Below the pieces are notes generated by a model. It did no database searches. It worked only from the letters and a program-made list of their open reading frames with translations, and was not told where the DNA came from. A stretch of 64,000 bases of DNA from Chiloscyllium plagiosum (lineage: Eukaryota): the NCBI RefSeq assembly GCF_004010195.1, contig NC_057719.1:51379656-51443655 (forward strand). The letters are read 5' to 3'. The translations under genes were made by a program, and so were the position numbers. Of the stretch, positions 12,818-25,387 are shown piece after piece; position 1 is the stretch's first letter; the number at the start of each line of letters is the position of its first letter.

Positions 12818-14075
12818 CTTCCAAATAAATCTGTTGGACTATAACCTAGTGTTGTGTGATTTTTAACTTCGTCTATTTTAAGGTGTCCAGGAAGTCCTTT
12901 GCCTTTTCCGGTGAGTCAAAATTAACACAGACCCTCCATGACTAAAATGTAATATTGCTGGATATCTTAGAAGACTGAATATTCAAATCCCTCAGCTTCC
13001 TTTTTCAACTCATCTAAGGCCTTCCTTTTGTGGATCATGGCTGCAGAAAAGTCTTAGTAAAACACAATTTGTGATTGCTTGTATATCAGAGCCTGTGGAT
13101 CCTTCCCCAGTGCACTAGATGCTTCCAGCATCATTTGTTTATCTCTATAATACTAGAGTTGCACTACGAGTGGGTGGGGGTGCTGGTCCGATCTGGACCT
13201 GTCCACTGTGACCCGGTGGGCCCGCTTAACCCACACCCAGCCTGCCTCGACTTCCAGCTTCAAAACCTGCGGGAGCCATTGATCCAAGAAGCTGACGAGC
13301 TGGCCTTCTTCTTCCCCTTCCAGCAGCCCTACCAGGCAGACGTTCTTCCGACAGCCTCGATTTTCAAGGTTGTTGACCTGCTCTACCAAGGCCCGTACCT
13401 GCTGTTCCAGGGCCTAGACTCAATCTACCGAGGATTCTGCTGTGGCCCGCTGCTCCACCTCCACGACGTGCTGCCCGAGCCACTGGATTCCTGGTCATGC
13501 TTCTACAGCATGACCAAGATTGGTTCCAGCCAGGTCCGGGTGTCTTCCATCGCTGAATTGATCGTCTCTCTGAGTTTCATGAACTCCGAGACCAGATAAG
13601 TCCCCTGCGGCATTCATGGAGGCCGATGCCGCAGCCGTGGGCGTATCCGTTACTGCAGGGGCGGGCCCAGCTGGTTGCGATCCTCGTGGCCCTTTTTCCT
13701 TAATCATTTTCCTGACTCACTTGAACTGACAATACAGCAATTCTGGGGATCAAAAACAACTGATATTTCCACAATGGATAAGAAAGGGAGGGTGAATGCA
13801 TCACTTTGTCTGTGTTTTGGTGCAGAGCTCCCCAGGGCAGACCTACTGGATCGACGCCATCTTGGATCTCCCCATTCTTTTTTTAGCAAATTGTAAGTTT
13901 TGGGGCATTAATAGAGGAAGTACAATATATAGATCTTTTGAATTTTAAGGCTTTGAATCTGAAAGATAATAGATTAAATATTAGATACATTTAACCCAGT
14001 TTTCAAAACTGTATGTTGACCACTTGAGGGCGCACTTGGATTTCAATATTTCTCTCTATCTTCACAAACCTCTTT

Positions 14076-14590
14076 ATAGAGTCATTGAGTTATACAGCAG
14101 AGAAACAGACTCTTGGTTCAACTTGTCTGCACTGACCAGATATCCTGAACTTATCTAGTCCCCATTCGCTAGCATTTGATCGATATCCTCTAAACTTTTC
14201 CTATTCATCGACCATCAGTGACCTTTCAAATATTGTAATTGTCCTCACCCTCACCACTTCCTCTGGCAGCTCGTTCCATACACACAATACCCTCTGCATG
14301 AAGATGTTGCTCCTTTTAAATCTTTCCCTTCTCACTTAAGTTAATGCCCTCTAGTTTTGGACTCACCTACCCTGGGTGAAAAAAAAACTTTGCTATTGAC
14401 CCTATCCATGCCCCTCATGATTTTATAAAACTCTATAAGGCCACTCCTCAGCCTCCAATGCTCTAGGGAAAAAAAAAGCCCCAACCTATTCAGCCTCTCC
14501 CTAAAGCTCCAAATCTCCTACTCTGGCAAGATCCTTTTAAAACTTTTCTGAACCCTTTCAAGTTTAACAACATCTTTCCTATAGCAGGAA
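14076..14590 (-). mobile_element. CR1 LINE 3' end
   Basis: Starts with the tagagtca tail and matches the reverse complement of 46740-47235. Confidence 0.85.
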
Positions 14591-16097
14591 TTTCCAAATC
14601 CACAAGCATTTCATTTGTTGTTTCACTATTTGTCTGTAACTGGCGTGACTAATAATTATGTTCACTTATTAAACTTCAAATAAATATACAACTATATGCT
14701 CATTATACTTGAAGTACTTATGGACACTGACTATCCAGGTTCAGATGGAGACAATGGTAATTTGGGCAAAACTGTCAGACTTGTGGAATAGCAATCCAAC
14801 CCTTGATCACCTTCCCAATTTCCCAAGGCCTTATGCCAACCAAGCACCTCATGAAACATGACCTGTCCTTAAATTTTGACTGATTGGGACTTTCAGGCGG
14901 CAGCTCAAACATTGTGGTGAAGTAAACAGCTGCATCTTTTGAATTTCTGTCCCCTCTCCCATCAGAAAGTTTTAATCCATTTGGACCTTTCTGTTCGCTA
15001 ATATCTGATGAGTTTTGTGATTTTTCTATGTATATTACTACATTTATTAGTCTGCATAACATATACCTCTGCAAATGCCTTTAAGGTTTATTATCAATAA
15101 TTTATAATTTGTAATTTATTTACAAGACTATAAAATCACAGACTTACTAATGTGGTCTGGGCTCTGTGCTTTCTGATAACATTGTACATATAAGTCACGA
15201 ACTACACTGACTCCTAGACACAGAGAATGACTGAAGGTGAGGCCAGTATCTTTATGCTAGAACATCACATGTTATGAGATCACATTGTTGTCTTAAACGT
15301 ATAGCCCTATTTGATCTAGAATCCATGTCATAACATACAATCAATCTCTCTTTCTCTTTAAATAAGAAATACCTTTTCTGATAACATGCATGCATATAGA
15401 TATAGAAGGTGAAACGTTATAGGGGTCTGAAAGATGTGTGCTATGGCAGGAGATGTAGCAGGATCATGCAAGAAGTTCAGTGAGGCTTATCTTGGTATCA
15501 ATTTGCTACATCTTTTAACGAGGTTCTAGGCACCAAGGTGAGATTCTTGCTTGGGATCAGTAAGTTATTTATTAAGGGGGATTATTACTGGTTATTGACT
15601 TTACCAACCGCATGTCTCACCTCAGTCATATGCAGCTACCCATTCTACCATCCACTGAGAGCAAACTAAACCCAGTGAATCGCTGCCTGCAAATAGCTTC
15701 CATGCTGCTTAGGATGCAACAGATTCTCAAAGCATGATCCATGGGCACTGGCTGCATGGCACAACACTTTCACTAACATTGACATCTTTTAATTGCCAAC
15801 CCCTCAAGAACCTTGTTGTATCTCTCTGCAGCATGATGCTTGGGAAGCATAGACTTACATTGCAGCTCGAACCAGCAACTAGCATTAAAAAGCTGCTGGA
15901 AAGGATACACATGGGGACAGGCACTCAGCTCACGGACTGGACCAGGGATCTCAGGGCTGCTTGCTTACTGCCTTAGCGCTTGCTCATTTGGCACCTACCT
16001 GCATTTTCACAGCAGCTGTGCCTTGGCTTGCCGTCACACAACCAGGGAGCTTGCTTTTTTGGTTAACAGTCCTCAGTCAAGGGAGTGGACAAACAAA

Positions 16098-18510
16098 CAT
16101 AGAAAATAAGAACAGGAGTGAGGCCATTCAGCCCTTTGAGTCTGCTTCATCAGTCAATATGATCAGGATTGATCATTCTGCTCAGTACCCTGTTCCGGCT
16201 TTTGACCCGATACTTTGATCCCTTTAGCTCTAAGAGTTATATCTAACTCTTTCCTGAAACCTTTCAACATTTCGGCTTCAACTGCTTTCTGTGGCAGAGA
16301 ATTCCATAGGATCACCACTGTCTGAGTGAAGACATTTCTCTTCATCTTCAACCTAAATAGCCTACACCATTTCATTAGACTGTGACCCCTAGTTCTGGAC
16401 TCCTCAGTCATCAGGAACATCCTTCCTGTATTTACCCTGTCTGGTCCCATTAGAATTTTATAGGTTTCTATTGAACCTCCATCTCATTACTCGAAACCTG
16501 AGTGAATATCGTCCTAACCGATCAGTCACTCTTCATAGGTCTGTTCTGCCATCCCAAGAATCAGTCTGGTAAAGCTTTATTGCACTCCTTTCATAGCTAG
16601 AACATCCTTCCTCAGATTAGGAGACCAAAACAGCACACAATACTTCTGGAATGGTCTCAGTAAGGCTCCATACAATTGCAGCAAGACATCCTTACTCCTG
16701 TACCCAAATCCTTTTGCTCTGAAGGCCAACATACCTTTTCCTTTCATGCTACATCTGCATGTTTACTTTTACAGACTGGTTCACAAGGACATCTAGGACT
16801 CATTGCACTCTCCCTTTCTGAATCTATGTATCTACCTATATTATGTATTCAGATAATAATCTGCCTGAGTGCTTTGGCTGTCAACATGGATGACCTCACA
16901 TTTGTCACATTGTACTGCATCTGTCATGCTTTTACACACTTACTCAGCTTGTCCAAATCACACAGAAACATCTCTGCATCCTCCTCACTGTTCACCCTCC
17001 CACTCAGCTCTGTGGTGTCTGCAAACATAGCAATATTACATTTAATTCCCTTATCTAAAACACTAATATAGATTGTGAATAGCTGGGGTCTGAACACTGA
17101 TCCCTGTCGTACCTCATTGCTCACTGGCTGCCAGTCAGAAAATGACCCGTTTATTCCTACATTTTCTTTTCTTGTCTACCAGCCAGTTCTCTATCCACAT
17201 CATCACATTTTCCCAATCTCATGCACCTTAATTTTACATACTAATCTTATATGGGACATCAATGAATGCCTTCTGAAAGTCCAAATAAATCACATCCACT
17301 CTCTCCCCCTTATCATTTAGAGTCATAGAGTCATAGAGATGTACAGCATGGAAACAGACCCTTCGGTCCATGCCCCTCATAATTTTGTAAACCTCTATAA
17401 GGTCACCCCTCAGCCTCCGACGCTCCACGGAAAAAAAGCCCCAGCCTGTTATCCTTGAAAAATTCCAAACAATTTGTTGAGCATCATTTCCTTTCTGCAT
17501 GATGACTCTGTCCAATCCTGTCACCGTTTTGCAAGTGCTTTGCTATTAACTCTTTTTTAATGGACTCTAGTATTTTTCCTATTACAGATATCAGGCAAAC
17601 TGGTCTATAATTTCCTGTTTTCATTCTACCTCATTTATTAAATAGAGGGGTTACATTAGTTACTATCAAATCCAGGAGACTATTCCAGAGTCTATAGAAT
17701 CTTGAAAGATGACCATCAATGCATCCTGTACTTCCTCAAGTACTTTGGGATGTAGATTACAGGCTCTGGGATTTGTTGGCATTTAATCCCATCAATTTTC
17801 CCAACACCCTTTCCCGACTGATACTGATTTCTTGCACTTCCTCTGTCTCATGGGACCATGTGTTCTCCAACATTTTTTTGGACATTATTTGTGTTCTTCT
17901 TTGTCAAGATGGAACCAAAATATGTCTTTAATTAGTCTACCATTTCTTTGTTCCACACTTTAACTTCCGTTTCTGATTGTGAAGGACCTAAATTTGTCTT
18001 CATTAACCATTTCTTTTCCTTTTCACGTACCTATAGAAACTTTTACAATCAGTTGGATCTAACACTATCCCTAATTTCCCTTACTATCTCTGGCCAGGCC
18101 ACCTTTACTGTTTGTTTTTGTGTCAGACAGGAATGAACAATTGCTGCAATTCCTCAATATGCTCTTTAAACATTTACTATTACCTATTCATTATCATACC
18201 TTTAAGTAATATTCCTCAATCTATCATAGCCAACTTGTACCTCTTACCATTATCATCTCTTCTATACAAATTCTGAATCTTCTCATACGTACTGTAGGAA
18301 TTCCTCCTCTATCAGATTGTTACTGATTTGATTTGTCCAATTGATATGCAGATTAAAGTACCCCGTAATTACAGCTGTACTTTTTTTCCATCTATCCCTA
18401 ATTTCCTGTTTAATGTACTCCCCAATGTTACCATGAAAGCTGGGGGGGGGGGGGTCTATATACAATCCCCACAATTGGTTTCTGCCCCTTAGTGTTTCTA
18501 AGCTTCATTG
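16098..18510 (-). mobile_element. Degenerate CR1 LINE (EN remnant, RT, 3' end) with a nested CR1 tail fragment at ~17318-17450
   Basis: TRGHSL, QGSVFRPQLF, VDVIYLDFQKAF, ITGYFNLHINW and EEEFL motifs. Confidence 0.88.
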
Positions 18511-19051
18511 TAGGTATTAAACTAAAATTTACTATAGCCAAAAGTGTCATGGTGTCAGGGGAGTAAGGTATGGTCAGGAACACCCTGACTTCAAGGGGGC
18601 AGACAATGAATAATCACACCTTCCAATCCTGTCACTGTTTTGCAGGTGCTTTGCTATTAATTCTTTTTTAATGGACTCTACTATTTTCCCTATTACAGAC
18701 ACTCGGTCAACTGGTCTATAATTTCCGGTTTTCTTATATGTCAGGGTCTAGACTGGGAGGTGTGTGGGCAAAGTTGGGCAGGTGGGTTAGGTGAGGACCT
18801 AAGGAGGTGGAAAGCCTAGATTTTTCACAAGAAAGGTGATCAGGAAGGGCATTTGGATGTTCAGGGTCTGACTGACATGTTACAGCTAAGGCTGGAAACC
18901 ACTGCTCAACATACATTCACTGTCACCTTCCAATATGTTGGAAATCAAAACAATGCAATTTGAAGAATAATGGCTGTGACAATGGGGCAAGTGTCTCAAC
19001 GTGTGAGAGAGGAAGCTGCAAGACCCACTGATGTAACGCCCTTTATTTTTC

Positions 19052-19371
19052 TTCATTTTGTGACAGGATAAGGGTGTCGCTGGCTAGGCAGCATTTATTG
19101 CCCATCCCTAATTGCCCAGAGGGCAGTTGAGAGTCAACAACTTGTAGGCCAGACTCAGTAAGGATGGCAGATTTCCTTCCCTAAAGGACATTAGTGAACC
19201 AGATGAGTTTTCCCGATGATTGGCAATGGATTTATAGTAGTCATTAAATCCTTAATTCCAGATATTTATTGAATTCTGCTATGGTGGGATTCGAACCCAG
19301 GTCGCCAGAACATTACCTGGGTTTCTGGATTAACAGTCCCAGTAATAATACTACTACGCCATTGCCTCCCC
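19052..19371 (-). mobile_element. Second tRNA-derived SINE family
   Basis: Minus-strand head GGGAGGCAATGGCGTAGTAG with B-box GGTTCGAATCCC; tail GGGCAATTAGGGATGGGCAATAAATGCTG is shared with the LINE end at ~22480-22545. Confidence 0.8.
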
Positions 19372-19449
19372 CTGTTGAGAGGACACCAATATACATAGAC
19401 TCTCCCACTATAGAGCCTCCCTGCCACACATATGACTGACCATTTCATT

Positions 19450-21345
19450 CAATAATTGGTAATGGAGTTGTGCTAGACCCCTTGGGGATGAGTGACTATA
19501 AGATGAAGAGTGAGATAGTTGATTTTGTGCCAAAGGTCCTGAATCTTAATAGGGGAATCTATGATGATATGAGGTGTGAGTTGGCTATGATGGATTAGGA
19601 AATGTTACTGAATATAATGACTGTAGACAGGCAATAAGAAACATTCAAAGGATGAATGGTGTACAAAAATTGGCACAAGAGTACAAAAAGAACAGTGGCC
19701 AAACAGTGGTTTACGAGAGAAGTTAGAAATGTTATTAGTTGCAAAAAAAGAGGGTTATGAGTTGACAAGTTGAAAACAATACACCTGAGGATTGGGAACA
19801 TTTTAGATGTCAGCAAAGGAGGACCAAGGAATTGAGTATGAAGAAATAAATAGAGTATGAGAATAAGTTTGCTAGGAAATTAAGAAATTATTGTAAAAGT
19901 TTCTATAGATTTACAAAGATAAAAAGATTGGTGAAAACTAATATAGGCCCCTTACAGTTAGAAACAGAGAATTTATAATTGTATAATAACAAAGAAATCA
20001 CTGAGAAACTAAATTTATAGTTGTCCTCTGTCTTCAGAAGGGACGACATAAATAACGCACCAGAAATATGGGGAATAGAGGGTTTAGTGAGAGGGAGGAG
20101 CTGAAGCAAATCAGTATCAGTAGTGAAGTGGTGTTGGAGAAATTGATGAGATTGAAGGCTAACAGTTTCCAAGGGCCTGATATTCTGCATCCCAGAGTAC
20201 TTTAGGAACAGGCCCAAGAAATAATGGATGCATCAAAATTCTTTAGACTTTGGAACAGTTCCTATAGATTGGTGGGTAGCTCATGTAATTCTGGTATTTT
20301 AAAAGGAAGGTAGAGAAAAATAGGGAATTATAGACCAGTAAGTCTGACATTGGCATTGGAGAATATGCTAGACTCCATTATCAAGGATTATGTAGCAGAA
20401 AACTTAACATTGTGCATTTACAAAAGGATAATCATGCTTGGTAAATCGGCTGGAATTCTTTGCAGATGTCACCAGTAGAGTTGATGTGGGGAGCCGGTGG
20501 ATGTGGTTAATTTGGAATTTCAGAAGACTTTGAATAAAGTCCCACATAAGAGATTAATGTATAAAATTAAAGCGCATGGGATTAGGGGTAGTGTATTGAG
20601 ATGGATAGATAATTGCTTAGCAGACAGGAATCAAAGGGTAAGAATAAATGGGTCATTTTCTGGACCCCAGCTCTTCACAGTATATGTTAATGATTTAAAT
20701 GATGGAACTGAATATAACATCTTCAAATTCACAGATGACACAAATTTGGGTGGAAAGGTGAGTTGCGAGGAGGATGGAGAGATGTTGCAGGTTGATTTGC
20801 AGGCTGAATGAGTAAGCAAATACACAGTAGATGCTACACATTGTGGATAAATATAAGGTTACCTACTTTAGTAGAAAAATAGGAAGGCAGAACGGCAATA
20901 AACTGAGACGGGGTATGTTCAATAAGAACATTTGCACCAGTTGCAAAAGAAGGCAAAGTGAATGTTGGCTTTCATAGCAAAAGGATTTGAGTATAGGAAC
21001 AATGATGTCTTGTTCTGAGTATGCAGGACATTGTTGAGGCCACACCTGGAATACTGTGCACAGTTTTGATCTCCTTATCTGAGGAAGGAAATTTTTGCAA
21101 TAGATTTACTAGATTGATTCCTGGGGATGACGTATGAGAAGTGGTTGAGTCAGTTGGGATTGTATCATTGCAGTTTAAAGAATGAGGGATTATCTCTTAG
21201 AAACCTATAAAATTCTAACATGACCAGGACCAGGAAGGATATTCCTGATGGCGGTGGGGAGTGTGTGGGGGGGGAGGGGGGGGGCATCCAAAACAAGGGG
21301 TCACTAATAAGGATAAGGAGTAAACCTTTTAAGATTGAGATTGTA
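19450..21345 (+). mobile_element. Degenerate CR1 LINE ORF2
   Basis: GNYRPVSLT, DVVNLEFQKT.NKVPH and FKFTDDTNL motifs. Confidence 0.88.
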
Positions 21346-22545
21346 ACAAGTGGTAAATTGTTTCCCTCCTTCATAAGGTCAGAAGTGTGGATATTCTTTG
21401 ATTTACACAGTTTTCATGACTCCTCAAATACTGAAACATCTGTGCAAGATCTCAATAAAACCCATGTTTGGACTGACAAAGGGCAGGAAACAGTCATACT
21501 ACACAATTGCCAGGCAACGAGAATCTCCAATCAGAGAGAAACTAAACATCACCTCCTGGCATTCAATGGCATTGTCATCACTGAATCCCTCACTATCAAC
21601 ATCCTGGGGCTTACCATTCACCAGAAATGAATTGGACTAGCCATACAAATGCTGTGGCAACAACAGCAGTTCAGAAGGTAGGAATGTTGCAATGAGTAAT
21701 TGCCTAACTCCCGCTCTCTACAAGACACAAGTCAGGAGTATGTTAGAATGCTCCACCATAACCTGGATAACTGCAGCTCCACCAACACATAAGAAGCTTG
21801 ACACCATCAATGACAAAACATGATTAACACGACATCCAATCCCTCCACAATCGATGCTTAGTAGCAGCAGTGTGTACCATCTACAAAGTGCACCATTAAT
21901 ATTCACCAAGAATCCTTAGCCAGTACCTTCCAAACTGAGGTCCACTACAATCTAGAAGGACAAAGCTGGTAGATACATGTGAGCGTCACCACCTGTGAGT
22001 TTCCTCCAAACCACCCACAGTTCCAGTGTCAGCGGCGTGGCTCCAGGACATGGCTGGCTCAGGTACCTGATGGCAGAGGTGATGGTGTTCCACCTGCAGC
22101 ATGTGCAATGACTCGGGGCACCTGATTGTTCACAGACTGAGGGATGGACTTTGTGGCTTTGTTTTTTTTTGGCAGCGAGGACTTATGGTGGAGGTTGGGG
22201 AGTAATCTGGACATTTCCTTTACATTCAACTGTTTTATTTCTGCTTCTGTTATTAATCCTGTCTTTTGTACACTAAGATGGCGGTGGAGAATGGCAACTT
22301 TGTACACTTTTCACAGTATCCTTGTACTCGAGTACATGTGACAATAAAATCTAAATATATCACTGTTCCTTTACTGTCATTAATTCACATCATGGAACTG
22401 CCTAACTGCATTGTGGGTCTACCTACACCAAATTGACTGAAGCAATACTAGAAGGGAGTTCACCAGCACCTTCTTAAGGGCAACTAGGGATGGGCAATAA
22501 ATGCTGACCCAGTTGCGATGCACATATCCCATGAATGAATAAAAC
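21345..22545 (+). mobile_element. Degenerate CR1/L2-group LINE 3' region, interrupted by an unclassified non-LTR 3' fragment (~22025-22357)
   Basis: YKTQVRSMLEC-like and INILGLT motifs; 3' tail shared with the SINE at 19052-19371. The insert ends in tacatgtgacaataaaatctaaat. Confidence 0.65.
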
Positions 22546-24169
22546 ATCTTCTTTTAAAAAAAATCAGCTGGTTATGAATCTTTGGAACTCTGTGCCTGAG
22601 GAAACAGGTGCTCAGTTATTGAATATATTCAAGGCTGAGATTCTGGGCCAGAAAGTGGAGTTCTCAGAGGTTTCAGCCATGACTACCTCTCTAGTTTCTT
22701 ACCTTCTTATGATAATCCTTATGTTGCTGACTTAAGTGGGGTTTATATTTTGGCTGCTGCCAAAATTATGGGTATTCACTGACATAATGGTTTATACTTT
22801 GTCTCAAACCAATTGTACATTAATGGAATGGTAGGTCATCTTTGTGATTCCTATATTGCTCACCAATGACATATATGGCCCACAGAGCCAGATGTGAAAT
22901 GTCAATGCCTCATTGTACTACTAGGATTCCCACAAAGCTGACAAATTCACAAGTCTGCTCATCCTGGTCCACTCTGCTTTGTCAGTACATGTTGTATTTG
23001 TCTCACTATATATTTGAGGCCTCCATTAACTTCCTGATACACTGATCAATATTGCTTGGAATGATCCAGCCACATTGAATGTGAACATAACCCGCATGCT
23101 TAACATCTAAGAAAAGCACTGTCCTTGCCTTGATGTGAGGCTGCAGTTTCTGTTGAAGGAGTTGGTATACTCCTATGATCACTCTGATGTTGAATCATAG
23201 TCACCTCAAGCCTCACTCCAGAATGTGTGGAGGGGAAAGAGTACTCCGAAAATCTGTGGAGATAGGGCTGTCGCTGGAAAGTATTCCTTTTTTCCCCCTC
23301 TATGGTCTCAGTTCCATTTATCAGTCATGTTGCAGATCCTGCAAAGACAGCCCTATACTTCACAGACTTAATGTGCATAGATGGTCAAATCCTGTGCTCC
23401 CCCCCCCACCACTCCCCTGCCACCCATGAACGATTGCAGTGACTCACTGAAAAACGTTCAAAAACATACCATTAAATTTCCAAAAACCTTGTCATAGAAG
23501 ATGTCAAAAGCATGTTATCATAGCACGTTATCATAGCAGCAGTGGTTGGCAGGAGGAGGTAGATTCCTTGGTGCATCCAAGGTTGGATTTGGTTTTGTTG
23601 TTCATAATTAACTTGACAACACTGACTGTCTGGCCTTACATGCACACTTGGGAAATAGTTCGCAACTTACATAAACATTTTTTCCAGCACTATGAGGAAA
23701 TGAACTGCTTTCCAGGATGGGACATCAGAGCACTTTGAAAGCAGAGTGTAGAAAATATGTAGATAAGGTGATATGAAAAGTGTATGAGGCTTTTATGAAT
23801 GAAATTTGAGAGAACGTTTAGAGGAAAAAGGGATTGAAAGTATCTGAAGGCCTACTTTTAGGCCTGAATAGGGTATAGGACATAGAGCACTTGTCTCAGT
23901 CAGGGACTGAGGCATTACCAGCTTTAAATTGGCTTTGGACATCATTAATATTGTTTGTGAAAGCAGTTGCTGCTCATCTCTACAGGTTGCCTACCCATTT
24001 TAATTCCCAATCTGTGAGGGTGGGGGTAGGGGCAAGCAACTTTGGAACGATTGTGGAATCAGGGATCACTCTCATCAATTGGAGGATAATTCTGCATTGC
24101 ATAATATAAATGAAACTGATAATTTATAACAGAAAAAAATTAATTGAGTTTTTTTTATCTTTGTAAAAG

Positions 24170-24175
24170 TTTATT
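24170..24175 (-). promoter_or_regulatory. Candidate polyadenylation signal (AATAAA) of the KCNK16-like gene; implies a ~1.2 kb 3' UTR
   Basis: First canonical AATAAA I found on the minus strand after the stop codon, followed by a U-rich stretch. Confidence 0.5.
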
Positions 24176-24372
24176 TATATAAAAAGCCAATGTAATAATT
24201 CACTGTAAATGAAAATTATAACAGCATATTGTAATGGTGTATGAATCTCTATAATAATACATGAACCATATATTGACTCAATGACCGTCTTATTGTAACA
24301 TGAAATGAATCACATGTAAACAATCAAATAATTATTGCATTATCGTCCATTTCATGGCTTTCAATTAGCAAA

Positions 24373-24575
24373 CAGTTGGTTCTACTATAACACATGTTTC
24401 TTTAATGCGTTTTTGGAAATTAGACTGTTATTTGTAGAACATGAACTTTCCTTACCGTTATTGGCTTTAACGTGATTCCAGCCCCATAAGTTTGGATGGC
24501 GCGGCAATTATGCGATTTTCTTATAATGCGAGATTGTACGGGAATGGAACAAAGGCGTTACATCAGAACCGACTG
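24373..24575. mobile_element. Tc1/mariner-pogo (Tigger-like) MITE in the predicted 3' UTR
   Basis: Imperfect TIRs CAGTTGGTTCTACTATAACAC and (reverse complement) CAGTCGGTTCTGATGTAACGC; TA on the right flank. Confidence 0.7.
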
Positions 24576-25387
24576 TAATTCAAAAAGTACGTTCTGAAGG
24601 TATGGCACAGTTGCCTCATAATTGCAATGTGAACTCTGTAAATCTGCACATGTGGCTTTATGCTTAATGAATGGAAATTCACCTGCGGTATACTTTAAAG
24701 AGACTTAAATATGATTTTACATTTCTTTAAGATCTGTTTCCAGCCAGTGCTGTCAGAAACCTCAGCATACCAAATGTATTTGTAAACCTCCTTATACCTT
24801 CCAAAAAAAAGGAAAAACCTGAAGATACTATTCAACACTATGCTTTTATGTGGATAGATTTGAAGTCACTAAGGTTACTTTGCTGGTTAGTAAATTTTTA
24901 TGAAATAAATTTTTGTGCAGCCATAAAGAGCAAGTGTATTCCCCGATTTCACAACAGTTCTAAACATTATCTTCTCTATCCCTGACCTCACAAACTGAAA
25001 TTTACGTTCTTAAAATGGTGGGCAGCATGTCGTGACAGGCACCAATAGCACGTCCAAATATTAATGAGGCTTGAACATAGTTTAAAGCTCATTTTTCACT
25101 CCCTGATTTGAAAATAGTATCATTTCAGACTCAGAAGGAGGCAGAAAGAAATGTCCAACCCACTGAATTTATGATGAGTCCCTCTAAGCCACATACAATT
25201 AGTCATAATCTTGTTCCTGATATGTTGTTGGGGCAGAAGATATATTGATGTCTGAGGAAATAATAACTGGACAAGGTTCGATATTAGGAAGGCAATTCAT
25301 TTACCACCAGTCAGTGAACGCAAATTTTTATCCCAGTGTTGCTTTAAATGTTGCTCAGCAATGTTGATCAGTGACTTTGGATATCTT

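Larger units (their letters stand above)
11346..12870 (-). mobile_element. 5'-truncated Penelope-like element (Neptune-type, GIY-YIG) with an inverted pseudo-LTR
   Basis: Minus strand encodes PPLLAFKQPPNLK, the CHGRRCKTC linker, ANVVYLIRCRQGCPEAWYIG and EQRL...GLNQD. Inverted repeat ~11386-11663 / ~12600-12869; TSD GTCTATTTTAA at 11335-11345 and 12871-12881. Confidence 0.9.
6200..13872 (-). mobile_element. Near full-length degenerate L1/Tx1-clade LINE with three nested insertions
   Basis: 5' end GGGGAGATCCAAGATGGCG. ORF1 ~13707->12873 (LENRGCRKNVCLVGLLEG). ORF2 from ATG 10740 has an APE domain (WNVKG, LLQET, SDH) and RT motifs (RQGCPFSLLLF, GRIALVKMNVL), ending ~6709, with an A-rich 3' tail. 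Many stops and frameshifts. Confidence 0.9.

Noticed and set aside
21250..21285. G-rich run as a functional G-quadruplex (also the C-rich run at 7805-7860)
   Set aside because: Both lie within decayed LINEs and look like slippage expansions; no evidence of function.
23511..23538. Tandem duplication of CA(T/C)GTTATCATAG
   Set aside because: Ordinary short slippage duplication.
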